A stretch of 64,000 bases of DNA from Octopus bimaculoides. Lineage: Eukaryota. The stretch covers positions 26,185,214-26,249,213 of the forward strand of contig NC_068982.1 in NCBI RefSeq assembly GCF_001194135.2. The letters are read 5' to 3'. Shown in pieces: positions 25,905 through 39,059 of the stretch. How positions within the stretch are numbered: the stretch's first letter is position 1; the number at the start of each line of letters is the position of its first letter. The notes beneath the pieces were generated by a model that was not told the origin of the DNA, did no database searches, and worked only from the letters and a program-made list of their open reading frames with translations. The translations under genes and the position numbers were made by a program.

Positions 25905-27200
25905 CATGATGACTGCATCATCTTTGCAGATGATTGCCGTCTCCCCATATACCCCCATCAACTATCATCAGCTCCAAACGTCCGTCCACCTCTTAGGTGG
26001 CTTTTAAGTCCTGCATTAGATTTGCACGGTCTGCAGCAAGTGTGACAGACAAAAGATCTGCCCTCTATTGGAATTATTGGGTGAACTTGTGAGATGTCAT
26101 CCTTATGTACCTTCATATGCCTTTAAGACCAAGTATTGATTTGCAAATCCCTTTGCACCCCACACGTTGTTCCATCCAGTATTGGAGGGATAAACCTGCA
26201 TACAGTTGGCTTTTTATGTGAATTTAAATGAATGATGTAGCCAGATTTAGAGAGCAGTAAACGACCACACACGTCCAGCTCACTATGTCCTTATTGATGA
26301 CTATCCATTTTTCAAAGCTGGCGTTTAAGTTTTGCACGATCAAACATTCTGTAACCTTCCTTCACATATCCTCTCCGTTTACTTCTTTTTAAAGCAAGCA
26401 CTTCCCATTCCTGATCGTCAAGATGAAAATCTTTGAGGTTGCTTTTTTATGCAATCTTTATATCTTTCGAGTGGTTTGTGCTGAAGGTGTTTCCCAGTGT
26501 ACAATTGACTGTAAAATAGTTGTTTTGGGAGTCTTTCCTCATTCGCGCGCACAACATGGCTTACCCAAAGCATTTGAGAGGATATGATGGTAGATTCAAT
26601 GTTCGTGCAGCCAACGTCAATAAGGATTTGTGTGTCAGGTATTTTCTGTTGGCATTTGAAGTTTAGGATTTCTTCTTAAACACTTTTGGGTAAAGTGTTG
26701 AAGTAAATTAAGGGGCTTACGATGTACTGTCCATGTTTCCGAAGATTACAACAGAGCACTTAGAATGCAGGCCTTGTACACACTAATCTTGGTCTTGATA
26801 TTGATACCATGATCTCTCCATACTCTCTTTTCGCAGGTGTATTTCTGCATCCAGTGAACCATCCCTTGATAATGTACTACCCAAGTAAACAAAAGTGTCA
26901 ACTATAACCAACCTAGTTCCATGCACTATTATATTTGGCTGGCTTGATATATGTTTCCACTGGTGATGGGGTGAACATTACCTTGGTATTTTTAAAATTA
27001 ATTTCCATGCCGAAAGCATTACATGATGCTGCAAAACAAAATGTTAACCTCGTCTGCATACAAGAGTTCTCTAATTAATATATGGAACATATCGATTTGA
27101 AATTGAACCTTCTTAGGTCAAAGATCCTTCTATAGTTCTAATTTGCAATGGAATACCCTTTGCACAGTCCTGGAATGCATAAGTCAGCATCACAACAAAA
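25905..27200 (-). mobile_element. RTE-clade LINE 3' part, decayed
   Basis: Stitched translation includes ELL(Y)AD, FAASCNAFGMEINFKNTKVMF, LGSTLSRDGSLDAEI and a C-terminal VCGRLLLSKSGYIIHLNSH zinc-finger-like motif. Confidence 0.8.
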
Positions 27201-28498
27201 ACAAAAAAACATACATACTATTATACAAAAATATATAGAAAGTTATACGTGTATGTGTATATGTGTCGTAGTGCATGTTTCATGTTTAGTCAGTGATGTA
27301 ATGTCAGCGTTCTTGAAGATATGATGAAATTAATATTGGCTTCAAATTTTGGCGCAATGCCTGCAATTTTGGGCAAGAGGTTAGTCAATTACATTGACCC
27401 CAGTGCCCAACCGGTTATATCGAATCTGGAATCACGTGATCACAAAGGGCAGTTCATAACCACAGAGCCATGTCTATGAAATTCATAATTTAGCATCCAC
27501 CATGCTGTTGAGCACTATGGTGAGGGATACATATCAGAAGATCGGCGGTATCATTAGCGTGTCGGGTGAAATGTCTCGTAGTTATTAGTTACCGAGCTCT
27601 ACATTTTGGGGTCAGATCCTGTCGAAATGAGCCCCGTAATTCATCCTTCCGGTTTCAATATAAAGATGTATGTTACTTGCTCAAATTTTGAGACCTAGAG
27701 CTCTAAGTTTGAAACCAGTATTACAAGGCATGATGTGGAAGATAAACAGAAGAGACAAATAGATCAAAATATATAGTGAAACGTAAAATCGGGAGAAAAT
27801 AAAGGTGGTCTGCATCATGAAATAATAATGCAAATAACTAGAACAGATGAGCAAATTTTATACTAAAAGGAAGAAATCTAACACTTCAGGGAAAACCATT
27901 CCTCGGGAAAAGATGAGTGTTTAAAGTTGTTAGTGAATAAACATTTTAGGCGTAATATGTGTGAGAGAAAATTTGCTATGACAGTCGAGAATACCGGGGT
28001 AGGGACAGACAACAAGAGGAGAGGCGATATGTTATATGCATATTTTGCAAATGGCCTTTTTAATAGCCTTTATTAAGTTTCATAAAGATTGTGCAAATGA
28101 TGTTTGTATATTCAGACATATATATATTTTTATATTATTATACTGCTCGGTATCAGTGCACTTACGTCTTAAAGAATTTAAAAACATACTTTTCTTATAG
28201 TAATCTCAAAGAAATGAGTTTTACTCTAGGCGAACAAAAAGAAGATAATTCATCAAAAAATATACAGCTTTAATTAAGTAAATAAATAAGTTAATCATTG
28301 TAACATATATTACAGAAGAGCATTTATCATCATTATATTCTTTCCTGAGGGTATTTACGTTAATAATTGAATAAAAAATAGGTTTCACGAAGAACCGCTG
28401 CTGCTGCTGCTTCTTCTTCTTCTTCTTCTTCTTCTTCTTCTTCTTCTTCTTCTTCTTCTTCTTCTTCTTCTTCTTCTTCTTCNNNNNNNNNNTCTTCT

Positions 28499-28545
<47 letters not shown>

Positions 28546-28614
28546 GAATATTTGTTACATGGATAGATATCATATATGAGTGTAAGCTTTTATACATACA
28601 TACGTACATACATA

Positions 28615-28965
28615 ATCTGCTTGAATACCAATCTTGAAAAATCACGCTTCTCAAAACCAGAAAGGAGAAAGCTGATTCGGAGACTACAGATCCAATCCAT
28701 CACTGGAACTGTAAAAATCTATAACACTTTCCAGAAGTTTATCATTTAAAAATATATGAAAATGTCTAGATCTGCAAATATCAATATATGCATGAGAAAA
28801 CATGCATAAAGCAAAACATACAAATCTATATATATACATACATACATACAAACAAATATACACTGTTGTTAATGCTGAAATTCCAAAGAAGGAACTTTGG
28901 ATCTACGTTAGAAACTGGCTCTTTCTCTATTGGCAAGAAATCTTGAAATGAAATTGAGCAATGAC
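28615..28965 (+). mobile_element. 3' end of an R4/Dong-like LINE (same family as 46465-47715), flanked by (CATA)n
   Basis: FSKPERRKLIRRLQIQSITGTVKIYNTFQKFII* plus a 3' UTR that matches the reverse complement of 46465-46800. Confidence 0.8.
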
Positions 28966-29867
28966 ATACATACATACATACATACATACATACATACATT
29001 CGTACACACACACACACATGTATATATATATGCGCACTCGAGTGTGTGTGTATGTGTGTGTGTGTGTGTGTGTGTATACTTGCGCGTGTGTGTTGTGTGA
29101 TTGTTACATCGAAGTCGCGGGTATTGTATTGATTGGTGAATTAATCTAGATAAACTCTGAATTCTCTGTCGCAATTGTTGTTGCAATAACGTTAAGAGTC
29201 TACCTGTAATATGTAACCACTCCACTTAAAGTGTCTGTCGCTTTTAATCTTAATAACCCCCACGCACGTACACGCGAACACACATATATAATCGTTACAA
29301 GTTATGTATGTCTAAGAATATCTCATAATCACAGATTTTAAGATGTCGAAACGTTAAATCAGAACTTTTATTAAATGCTGGCACTTTGACAATTACCTAC
29401 TGCAACATAGTGAGATCATGCCAACATGTATTTGAATGCCTGAATACTTAGCTTTTGTTTTACCAGGAGGAAGAAGACAATCTCTGTCTTTCCCTAATCA
29501 GTTTTAATGCACCTCTTGAAAGTTTTGATCTCGCCATTTTTTATAACAATACATTTTTCAACGTTTTCAAATATGTATACTCTCATGCGCTGTGATTCAT
29601 CAAAAATGTTCACACGCTCACCATTTCTCTATTCTCTCCGGCCTTGACCAACTATAGCCACTGTTGACCTAAATTTAAGCAACATACTCGTTAGCTTACC
29701 GTACTAGATTCCGTATAGTTTTTTTTCCTTTTCTCTTCTTTCCACATTTTCCTTATTTCCAATTAGCCAGACTTTTTAAATATATTTCTACAGGCCTTAC
29801 GACCCAGTAAGTTCGACTGAAGGCTTTCTTTAATGTTTATTACTTATATATTATTCACACACACATT

Positions 29868-29898
<31 letters not shown>

Positions 29899-30630
29899 AC
29901 TATTTTTCTAACGCGACTCTCTCTATTTCTATATCCCCCTCTCATTCTTCCCTCTACTGCTATTCGCCTCTACCTGTCACTACTTCTCTCTCTCTCTCTN
30001 NNNNNNNNNNNNNNNNNNNNNNNNNNNNNNNNNNNNNNNNNNNNNNNNNNNNNNNNNNNNNNNNNNNNNNNNNNNNNNNNNNNNNNNNNNNNNNNNNNNN
30101 NNNNNNNNNNNNNNNNNNNNNNNNNNNNNNNNNNNNNNNNNNNNNNNNNNNNNNNNNNNNNNNNNNNNNNNNNNNNNNNNNNNNNNNNNNNNNNNNNNNN
30201 NNNNNNNNNNNNNNNNNNNNNNNNNNNNNNNNNNNNNNNNNNNNNNNNNNNNNNNGTGCTTCACAGAGTTCAAGACATACACACTTCATGTCTGGCTGTA
30301 CAGCCTTTTTGTTTGTTTATTTCACCGTTTCGTTTTCCTGTCTTGTTTTCCGTCCACCACTACCCTCCACGAAAACAATTTAATTTGTGTTCGTGGGATG
30401 AACCAATTTAACGATGCGTACTGCCTTAATTCTTCGAAACACCGGAGTTTTAATGGTGGCAGCTGATGAAGGGGATGTTTCTATGTGGCCTGCTTGTTTG
30501 TTGCACCTTGTTTACCATTTTGTCCTTGTTCTATTGCCACGTCATGTACCCAGTTATGTATCTATATGTACATGTAGATGAACGTATATACATACATGTA
30601 CATATATATGCATATACTCATTCTCCGTAT

Positions 30631-30667
30631 TCTTTCTGTTGAAGAGCGTAGCTCGAAACGTCAAAGA
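30631..30667 (+). ncRNA. Ultra-minimal hammerhead-like motif within a short repeat (about 30615-30760)
   Basis: TCTTT-CTGTTGA-AGAGC-GTA-GCTC-GAAA-CG-TC-AAAGA. Stem I is a perfect 5 bp, stem II is GAGC/GCTC, stem III is only CG, and the core has U at position 6. Confidence 0.5.
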
Positions 30668-33304
30668 CTTTCCGTATTCCCGAGCGTCATACTAATATAT
30701 CCTTTTGTTATTTACACCACCTGTCCTCGTCTGTTGTTATTATTTGTATATTCTCCCATATATATATATATATATATCGCTTGCTGTAAGGAGGTTGTTC
30801 TTCCTTGTCAGTCAACAGATAAGTGCTTTGCCTGTGGCTAAGAGTTGTTTTGACTCTTAATTTTAGCAATACTGGCGCTGATCTGCACCCTTAGTCACTT
30901 TAATGACAATTGTACTTGTGCCTTTTGATTTTTAAATTGCGAATAGTCACCTTAATAATTTATGTGTGTGTGTGTGTGTACGGGTGTATATGTAGCTTTT
31001 AAATATATGTGTCTCAAGGACTCAAGTCAATATTAGTTGTGTGGTATATAATATAAATATCTGCTGCACCTAACCTGGTACTCGTCTTCAGGTTTTACTT
31101 TGTACTATTTCACAAATGATATCTTGGAAGGAAATTAACATAGTTACGGTAAATTTCTTACTCTTTCAGAAATTACTCATGGATAACATCGAAAAATCAA
31201 ACATAACTTCATTACGAAGCTGTAGTTAAGCTCATTTAAGTCTATCAGCAAATACAATCGTATGCAGAGTTATCGCCTTTATTATTTAAACTAACTTTGT
31301 ATTCTATGTCAATCAAATATTAGAGGATTTTACTATCAAAAACTCGATTGTTCCTTTTAATGAAACAAAGTCTCTTTTAAATGAAAGCACTATTCTAATC
31401 GGCCTAGTGATAACTTTCTTCCGCCATTAAAATAATAATTTTGCTGTTGATTTCCTTTAAAGTTTAAATCGACGAAATAAGTGCCACTTATTTACTTTAA
31501 GAATAAACTCAAAGCTACAATTTCCATTTCTTGTGTCTGACGGATAAACCAATGATGTTCACTTATGTTTCTGCATTTGGTCATGTAAATAAGATTTTCT
31601 TTTGTAACTGAAGTGTATCTCGTTGTTCCATGTTAATATAATTTCCAGAACAGCTTCAATGAAATAAAGGTCAACACCAAAAATTTCTTTTTAAATTAGA
31701 TTATTCAAGATTATACAAACTAGAAACATTATAAATTCAGATGCTAACGGAGATGATATCATTAAAAGAAATTCGATCAAAGCAAAGCGACAAATGGGTT
31801 GAGTATGAAAATAAAATATTAGAAAATTTATAAGAGCTAAGTGACCATCAGGTGGAGTGCAATAATACGAAAATGACTTGGCAGGAGGACAGCTGAAAAC
31901 AAACATGAAATTTATAATAGAAGTTTGTTCTGCTTTCAAGTGTCATACTCGGTCATTTTTGTATTTTATCAAATTATCGTTATAATGTCGTTATCCCACT
32001 TAGGTCGTGCCAGTCAAGTACAAAACTCTTTTAAATTAAATACACACCCACCTCCGTAACTTGTATGACGGGCAGATGTCATTCTTTATTTAAAGTAATA
32101 GCAACTAGCTCTCCCATTTTTTCCTCTCATATCTCCGCTACTGAGCGTATTCTAAATTTACCTCATAGTTCGTCTATGATTATCACACCTCCAATACTTT
32201 TCCCTTAGATGATGATGCTGGCCAGTTATATATTATTAATTTTATGCTATCGTGTCAGAATTATTTTCCAGTACTTTAGTTTGCATTGTGGATTTTAAAG
32301 TCCAGCTTGAGGATACAGGTACCTGAAGTTAATGTCCATACATATATGAACATGATAAAACACTGCATATCATTCTTACGTATGGATACAATAATTGCAT
32401 ACAGTAGCACATACATTCATTGGAGAAATATAGTATATTCACAAGCATTGTCTAAGGAATTAATCTAGAGGAAGACAGCCAGTTTGAAACAAAATTATTC
32501 CCATTGTGAATACCAGCTGTACAGAAGTAAAGTTATGTAACTCCGAATGAGTTATGTGACTCTGTATATGATTCTTTCTCCTAGTAGGTGAATGTGTGAG
32601 TAGTGTTTTAGATACTGCATACAGTTTCTAAGCAATCTTTGAAGTGGTAATTTGACATACGTCCTACAAGGGAAGTCTACTACCCACGAATGGTTTTTGT
32701 GGAAGGCCTCTTGTCTCATTACCACTTGCATGGCTAGACACATTTACCATTGGAAAGGCATTTGCACAATGACTTGGACATCTATCTGTAAATAGATATC
32801 ACAATGCGGTTCAATGATTGTCTGTGTTTGTGAAGTTTAAGTTAAAGAGAGAAAGGGAGAGTGGGAGGGAGAGAGAGAAGAAGAGAGAGAGAGAAGAAGA
32901 GAGAGAGAGACTGAGAGGGAAGAGAGAGAGACTAATTCCACAACTTGGACTTGCTTTAGCTATAAGATGATAAATAGTTTAAAATTATCTTGGGACAATC
33001 CATGCGTGATCTTGGTTTCAGTTCTTGGGTGTTGCTATGTATATTAACTCTGGATAATTTTTCAGGGAGGGCAATATATATCTAACATATAATAACATGC
33101 AATGTGACTTATCGGTCACGCTGGGGAAAGAACAATAAAACAACAAACGGAGTGGGAGTGAGTGATGGTCAGAGACATTAAAGCAGGCGAAAAGTATTGA
33201 AAGGTTTTGTTGCTCTGAAGATGTCAGTTGTTTAATCAAAATAAACCTGAAACTTTTTATCGTAAATTGTATTTCGCTTCTCAGTCTCACACACACATAT
33301 GAAA

Positions 33305-33344
<40 letters not shown>

Positions 33345-34149
33345 AAATATTAAACACTTGTTTTCAAAATAACAGATATGTNNNNNNNNNNNNNNNNNNN
33401 NNNNNNNNNNNNNNNNNNNNNNNNNNNNNNNNNNNNNNNNNNNNNNNNNNNNNNNNNNNNNNNNNNNNNNNNNNNNNNNNNNNNNNNNNNNNNNNNNNNN
33501 NNNNNNNNNNNNNNNNNNNNNNNNNNNNNNNNNNNNNNNNNNNNNNNNNNNNNNNNNNNNNNNNNNNNNNNNNNNNNNNNNNNNNNNNNNNNNNNNNNNN
33601 NNNNNNNNNNNNNNNNNNNNNNNNNNNNNNNNNNNNNNNNNNNNNNNNNNNNNNNNNNNNNNNNNNNNNNNNNNNNNNNNNNNNNNNNNNNNNNNNNNNN
33701 NNNNNNNNNNNNNNNNNNNNNNNNNNNNNNNNNNNNNNNNNNNNNNNNNNNNNNNNNNNNNNNNNNNNNNNNNNNNNNNNNNNNNNNNNNNNNNNNNNNN
33801 NNNNNNNNNNNNNNNNNNNNNNNNNNNNNNNNNNNNNNNNNNNNNNNNNNNNNNNNNNNNNNNNNNNNNNNNNNNNNNNNNNNNNNNNNNNNNNNNNNNN
33901 NNNNNNNNNNNNNNNNNNNNNNNNNNNNNNNNNNNNNNNNNNNNNNNNNNNNNNNNNNNNNNNNNNNNNNNNNNNNNNNNNNNNNNNNNNNNNNNNNNNN
34001 NNNNNNNNNNNNNNNNNNNNNNNNNNNNNNNNNNNNNNNNNNNNNNNNNNNNNNNNNNNNNNNNNNNNNNNNNNNNNNNNNNNNNNNNNNNNNNNNNNNN
34101 NNNNNNNNNNNNNATATATATATATATAATTTCTTTAATTTTCTTTAAT

Positions 34150-34965
34150 TTGTTTCAGCTTTAAAGCTGCGGTCATGCTGGGGCACCAGCGTTGGCTGTG
34201 CTACAACATTATGTGAAACCTCCTCTAATATGTGGTATTTGGTGAATGAGGGACCTTGATTCTGCTGCCCTCATCTGTGTTTCCTGCCGTTATGTAGGCT
34301 TATCTGGAATCCTTGACAGTAGGCGATCCAGTTTTGTTCTAAAGACACCTACATTCAGACCATGCAAGTCACCAAGGCGTTTTGGAAGGATATTGAAGTG
34401 CTGTGGGCCTTTGAAACGCAAGCAGTTGCAGTATCTGGTCCTGTAATTTAATGGTAATGTTGGGATCTTTGGCACTCTGCAGTTTGTGTAATTTTCAATG
34501 CCAAAGTTTGGAACAAGGCCTTCCAGGATTTTCCAGATGTATATCACTGCATATCTTTCCAGCTTTCGTTCTAAGGAGCAGAGTTTTAACTTTTTCAACC
34601 TTTCCTAGCAGCTGATACGCTGCAGTGAGACGACTGGCTTTTGTGTAGCTTCGAGTTCCTTCGTAAATTTCATATTGTGTGGTGATCATAGTTTGGAGCA
34701 GTAGTCCGAGCGGCTGAGGATGAATCGCTTCCAAAGGACCATCACAGTTTCCCTTTCTCTCATTTTGAAAGTTTGGAAGATCCAGCCAGACAGCTGTATG
34801 CATTTTATTACCAAATTGGTAATCATTGCTAATGTCAATGCCCAGGTCATGCACTGATTTTGATACAGGGATTGGCATTCCTCCCGGGCCAGTGAATCTT
34901 GTCTGCATGTCGTTCAGCTTTGTGTGGTGGTAGTGCAGGGCTTGAAATTTTCCTACTTTAAACTG
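34150..34965 (-). mobile_element. CR1-group LINE 3' fragment
   Basis: KFQALHY...SVHDLGIDIS, LKLCSLERKLERYAVIYIWKILEGLVPN and FKGPQHFNILPK...KLDRLLSRIPDKP. Confidence 0.85.
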
Positions 34966-35127
34966 AATACTTGTATGTATGTGTATATGTATTAATATAT
35001 GCCTATATATATATATATGTACACACACACATATACATATATATGTATATGTATATATATGCATATATACATATACATATATATATACGCACATATACAC
35101 ACATAGACACGCACAAATATAAGTATG

Positions 35128-35188
<61 letters not shown>

Positions 35189-37226
35189 NNNNNNNNNNNN
35201 NNNNNNNNNNNNNNNNNNNNNNNNNNNNNNNNNNNNNNNNNNNNNNNNNNNNNNNNNNNNNNNNNNNNNNNNNNNNNNNNNNNNNNNNNNNNNNNNNNNN
35301 NNNNNNNNNNNNNNNNNNNNNNNNNNNNNNNNNNNNNNNNNNNNNNNNNNNNNNNNNNNNNNNNNNNNNNNNNNNNNNNNNNNNNNNNNNNNNNNNNNNN
35401 NNNNNNNNNNNNNNNNNNNNNNNNNNNNNNNNNNNNNNNNNNNNNNNNNNNNNNNNNNNNNNNNNNNNNNNNNNNNNNNNNNNNNNNNNNNNNNNNNNNN
35501 NNNNNNNNNNNNNNNNNNNNNNNNNNNNNNNNNNNNNNNNNNNNNNNNNNNNNNNNNNNNNNNNNNNNNNNNNNNNNNNNNNNNNNNNNNNNNNNNNNNN
35601 NNNNNNNNNNNNNNNNNNNNNNNNNNNNNNNNNNNNNNNNNNNNNNNNNNNNNNNNNNNNNNNNNNNNNNNNNNNNNNNNNNNNNNNNNNNNNNNNNNNN
35701 NNNNNNNNNNNNNNNNNNNNNNNNNNNNNNNNNNNNNNNNNNNNNNNNNNNNNNNNNNNNNNNNNNNNNNNNNNNNNNNNNNNNNNNNNNNNNNNNNNNN
35801 NNNNNNNNNNNNNNNNNNNNNNNNNNNNNNNNNNNNNNNNNNNNNNNNNNNNNNNNNNNNNNNNNNNNNNNNNNNNNNNNNNNNNNNNNNNNNNNNNNNN
35901 NNNNNNNNNNNNNNNNNNNNNNNNNNNNNNNNNNNNNNNNNNNNNNNNNNNNNNNNNNNNNNNNNNNNNNNNNNNNNNNNNNNNNNNNNNNNNNNNNNNN
36001 NNNNNNNNNNNNNNNNNTATATATATGCACACACATATATACATACATATATACATGTATATATATGTATATATATACATATATACACAAACACGCATAT
36101 TTATATATGTATGTACACACACACACACACACATACTCACACATACAGACGATATTTTCAGCCGAGACGGCACAACTATATCTGATTCTTTAAGTGTTAC
36201 AAGTTTGTGTTTGTACATATAATTACTAGATTGCTAACATTTATCAATGATTTCTCTGTATTGATGCACCATTAGTAAAACTGTCGGCATTTTTGACGAC
36301 ACAGGTATGCTAGTATATATCATAAATTCCGAACTCTACATTGAGAAGTTTAACGACACTGTCCACTTATTCAATGCCAATTATTATGAAAGATTTCGAA
36401 GAATAAATAAACAAGCAGAAGAAGTAATGGTTAGCGTATAACTGATGGAAAGTAAAGGATTTAGTTTAGCACAAGCAAACAGAAATGAGAACGCAAAAAA
36501 TTAACAATTAGAATGCTACGGAAAAAATAGATAAAGATAATGAAGTAGATAACAGAAAATGAAGCAAAAAAAAAAATAGTGTGAAGGAAACAACGCTGTT
36601 TTCGTTAAAAAAAACAGTTAAGCAGACTGANNNNNNNNNNNNNNNNNNNNNNNNNNNNNNNNNNNNNNNNNNNNNNNNNNNNNNNNNNNNNNNNNNNNNN
36701 NNNNNNNNNNNNNNNNNNNNNNNNNNNNNNNNNNNNNNNNNNNNNNNNNNNNNNNNNNNNNNNNNNNNNNNNNNNNNNNNNNNNNNNNNNNNNNNNNNNN
36801 NNNNNNNNNNNNNNNNNNNNNNNNNNNNNNNNNNNNNNNNNNNNNNNNNNNNNNNNNNNNNNNNNNNNNNNNNNNNNNNNNNNNNNNNNNNNNNNNNNNN
36901 NNNNNNNNNNNNNNNNNNNNNNNNNNNNNNNNNNNNNNNNNNNNNNNNNNNNNNNNNNNNNNNNNNNNNNNNNNNNNNNNNNNNNNNNNNNNNNNNNNNN
37001 NNNNNNNNNNNNNNNNNNNNNNNNNNNNNNNNNNNNNNNNNNNNNNNNNNNNNNNNNNNNNNNNNNNNNNNNNNNNNNNNNNNNNNNNNNNNNNNNNNNN
37101 NNNNNNNNNNNNNNNNNNNNNNNNNNNNNNNNNNNNNNNNNNNNNNNNNNNNNNNNNNNNNNNNNNNNNNNNNNNNNNNNNNNNNNNNNNNNNNNNNNNN
37201 NNNNNNNNNNNNNNNNNNNNNNNNNN

Positions 37227-37260
<34 letters not shown>

Positions 37261-38199
37261 TTAATGTCATTAAAAGAAAGAATTACAACTATTATAAAAT
37301 GAAGGAAATGTATTTAAGAATATATAAATAAATGTTAATGAGCAAGAAATAGCATTCTATATACCTAATTTGCATATAGCTAGGTCATAAATGCTTAAGT
37401 AGAAAAAATAATGTAAAGAGAAAGATTATTAATAAAGACGAAAGCATTTAAGGACTAGCAAGGAATGCTTAGCAGATGATGAGTATCTGAATCGGCTGTT
37501 CTTTCAGAATTTGCAAAATGATATTAATAACTGACCTATCTTTTAATAAGTAATGAAATAAGAATAAATTTGTGAAGCCTCTTAAATTTTAGTTTCCATA
37601 AAAATGTCATTTGACATCATAACCAAGTAATGTGCATGTTGTAGCTTTACTAATTAGAAGTAGCTCTATCGTGGTTAGTGGAAGTTAATTAATAAATGTA
37701 TAACATGTAAGTGATAGAAATTTTCTATGACATGGACAAAAATACATTCGTCAAGTTAAAATGTTGAAATGTCGTGTAAAATAAGATAGTCGAATGTGAC
37801 TTTCTAATTTATTTTTCTTGTGTAGCACCTGCTCACAATATCGGAAACTTGTTAGACATTTCAGAAGCAACGAGAAGATATGCGAATGCAATAATATTTC
37901 ATAAAAACTGTGTTTCTATCTATATAGGAAATAAATATCCCAAATTTTAATGGATTGTCCACATATCTAGCATTGTGCATTCATCAGACAGAGGGAGCTT
38001 TATGTAATACGTTAACACTTTAGAAATAGTAAACAAATCTCTATCAAACTGCACACTTCCAAATCTGAAACTGAAGGTTATATTGGAGATAATAGTTACA
38101 GATTCGTAATGCTCTTGAGAAGGTCGAGGTAACTAATGCTGATGAGCGTTTTGATCATAATTCTGCTGACTAATTAGCTAAATATTAATAAGAACGTGT

Positions 38200-38282
<83 letters not shown>

Positions 38283-38407
38283 GAGAGAGGGAAAGAGAAA
38301 GCGAGATCGTACACGCCCGCACACACACACACACACACACACACACGCATATATGTTCTCACAGCAACCATAATCTACAGCAACATCTATTAAGTGTTAT
38401 GTGCTCG

Positions 38408-38557
38408 GTTGCACTAGCAGAATTATTAGCACACCGGGCAAAATGTTTAACAGCATTTTGTCCGTCTGTACATTCTGAAGTCAAATGCTGACGAGGTTGA
38501 CTTTGCTTTTCATACCCTGAAATTACTGGACTTGTGCCAAAATTTGTAACCATTATT
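38408..38557 (+). mobile_element. SINE family 1, internally deleted
   Basis: Head ttagcacaccgggcaaaatg, core gttgactttgcttttcat, then a jump to the tail cttgtgccaaaatttgtaacc. Confidence 0.75.
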
Positions 38558-38559
38558 GA

Positions 38560-38665
38560 GCCACTATTGCAGGAATTAGAGACAATGAGAGGTATCCCGT
38601 GAGAAATAGGATGTGGGAGATCAAGGTTGACATATGCTGATGATATCATCGTCATTGTGTCGATG
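38560..38665 (+). mobile_element. Short LINE RT fragment with YADD motif
   Basis: LQELETMRGIP*EIGCGRSRLTYADDIIVIVS. Confidence 0.45.
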
Positions 38666-38684
38666 GGTGCCTGGCATTTAGAGT

Positions 38685-38845
38685 GCTTTGAGGCATTTCG
38701 TCCATCTTTATCTTCTGATGTCAAATTCCGTCAAGGTCGACATAGCCTTACAGCCTTTCGAGCTCGATAAAATAAGTAGCAGTCAGTGTAATCGACTTAA
38801 CCCCACCCTCAAAAACTGCTGGCCTTTTGCCAATATTTGAAATCA
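38685..38845 (+). mobile_element. SINE family 1, 5'-truncated
   Basis: gcatttcgtccatc...caaggtcgac...cgataaaataagtagcag...gctggccttttgccaatatttgaaatc. Confidence 0.75.
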
Positions 38846-38905
38846 TCATCATCGTCATCGTCGTCGTCACCATCATCGTCGTCGTCGTCGTCGTCGTCAT
38901 CATCG

Positions 38906-38936
<31 letters not shown>

Positions 38937-39000
38937 AATAATAATCATCATTAGCAGCAGCAGCAGCAGAAGAAGAAGCGGCAGCATCAGCATCATCATT
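38843..39000. repeat. Compound trinucleotide microsatellite (CAT/CGT/CAG/AAG)
   Basis: Direct read of the sequence; it explains the poly-M/T/L and poly-I/V ORFs. Confidence 0.9.
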
Positions 39001-39059
39001 TTATTGCTTTCATCTATCGTTGATTGTTTGCAACGTTTTGAAGTTGATTGTATTTAGAT

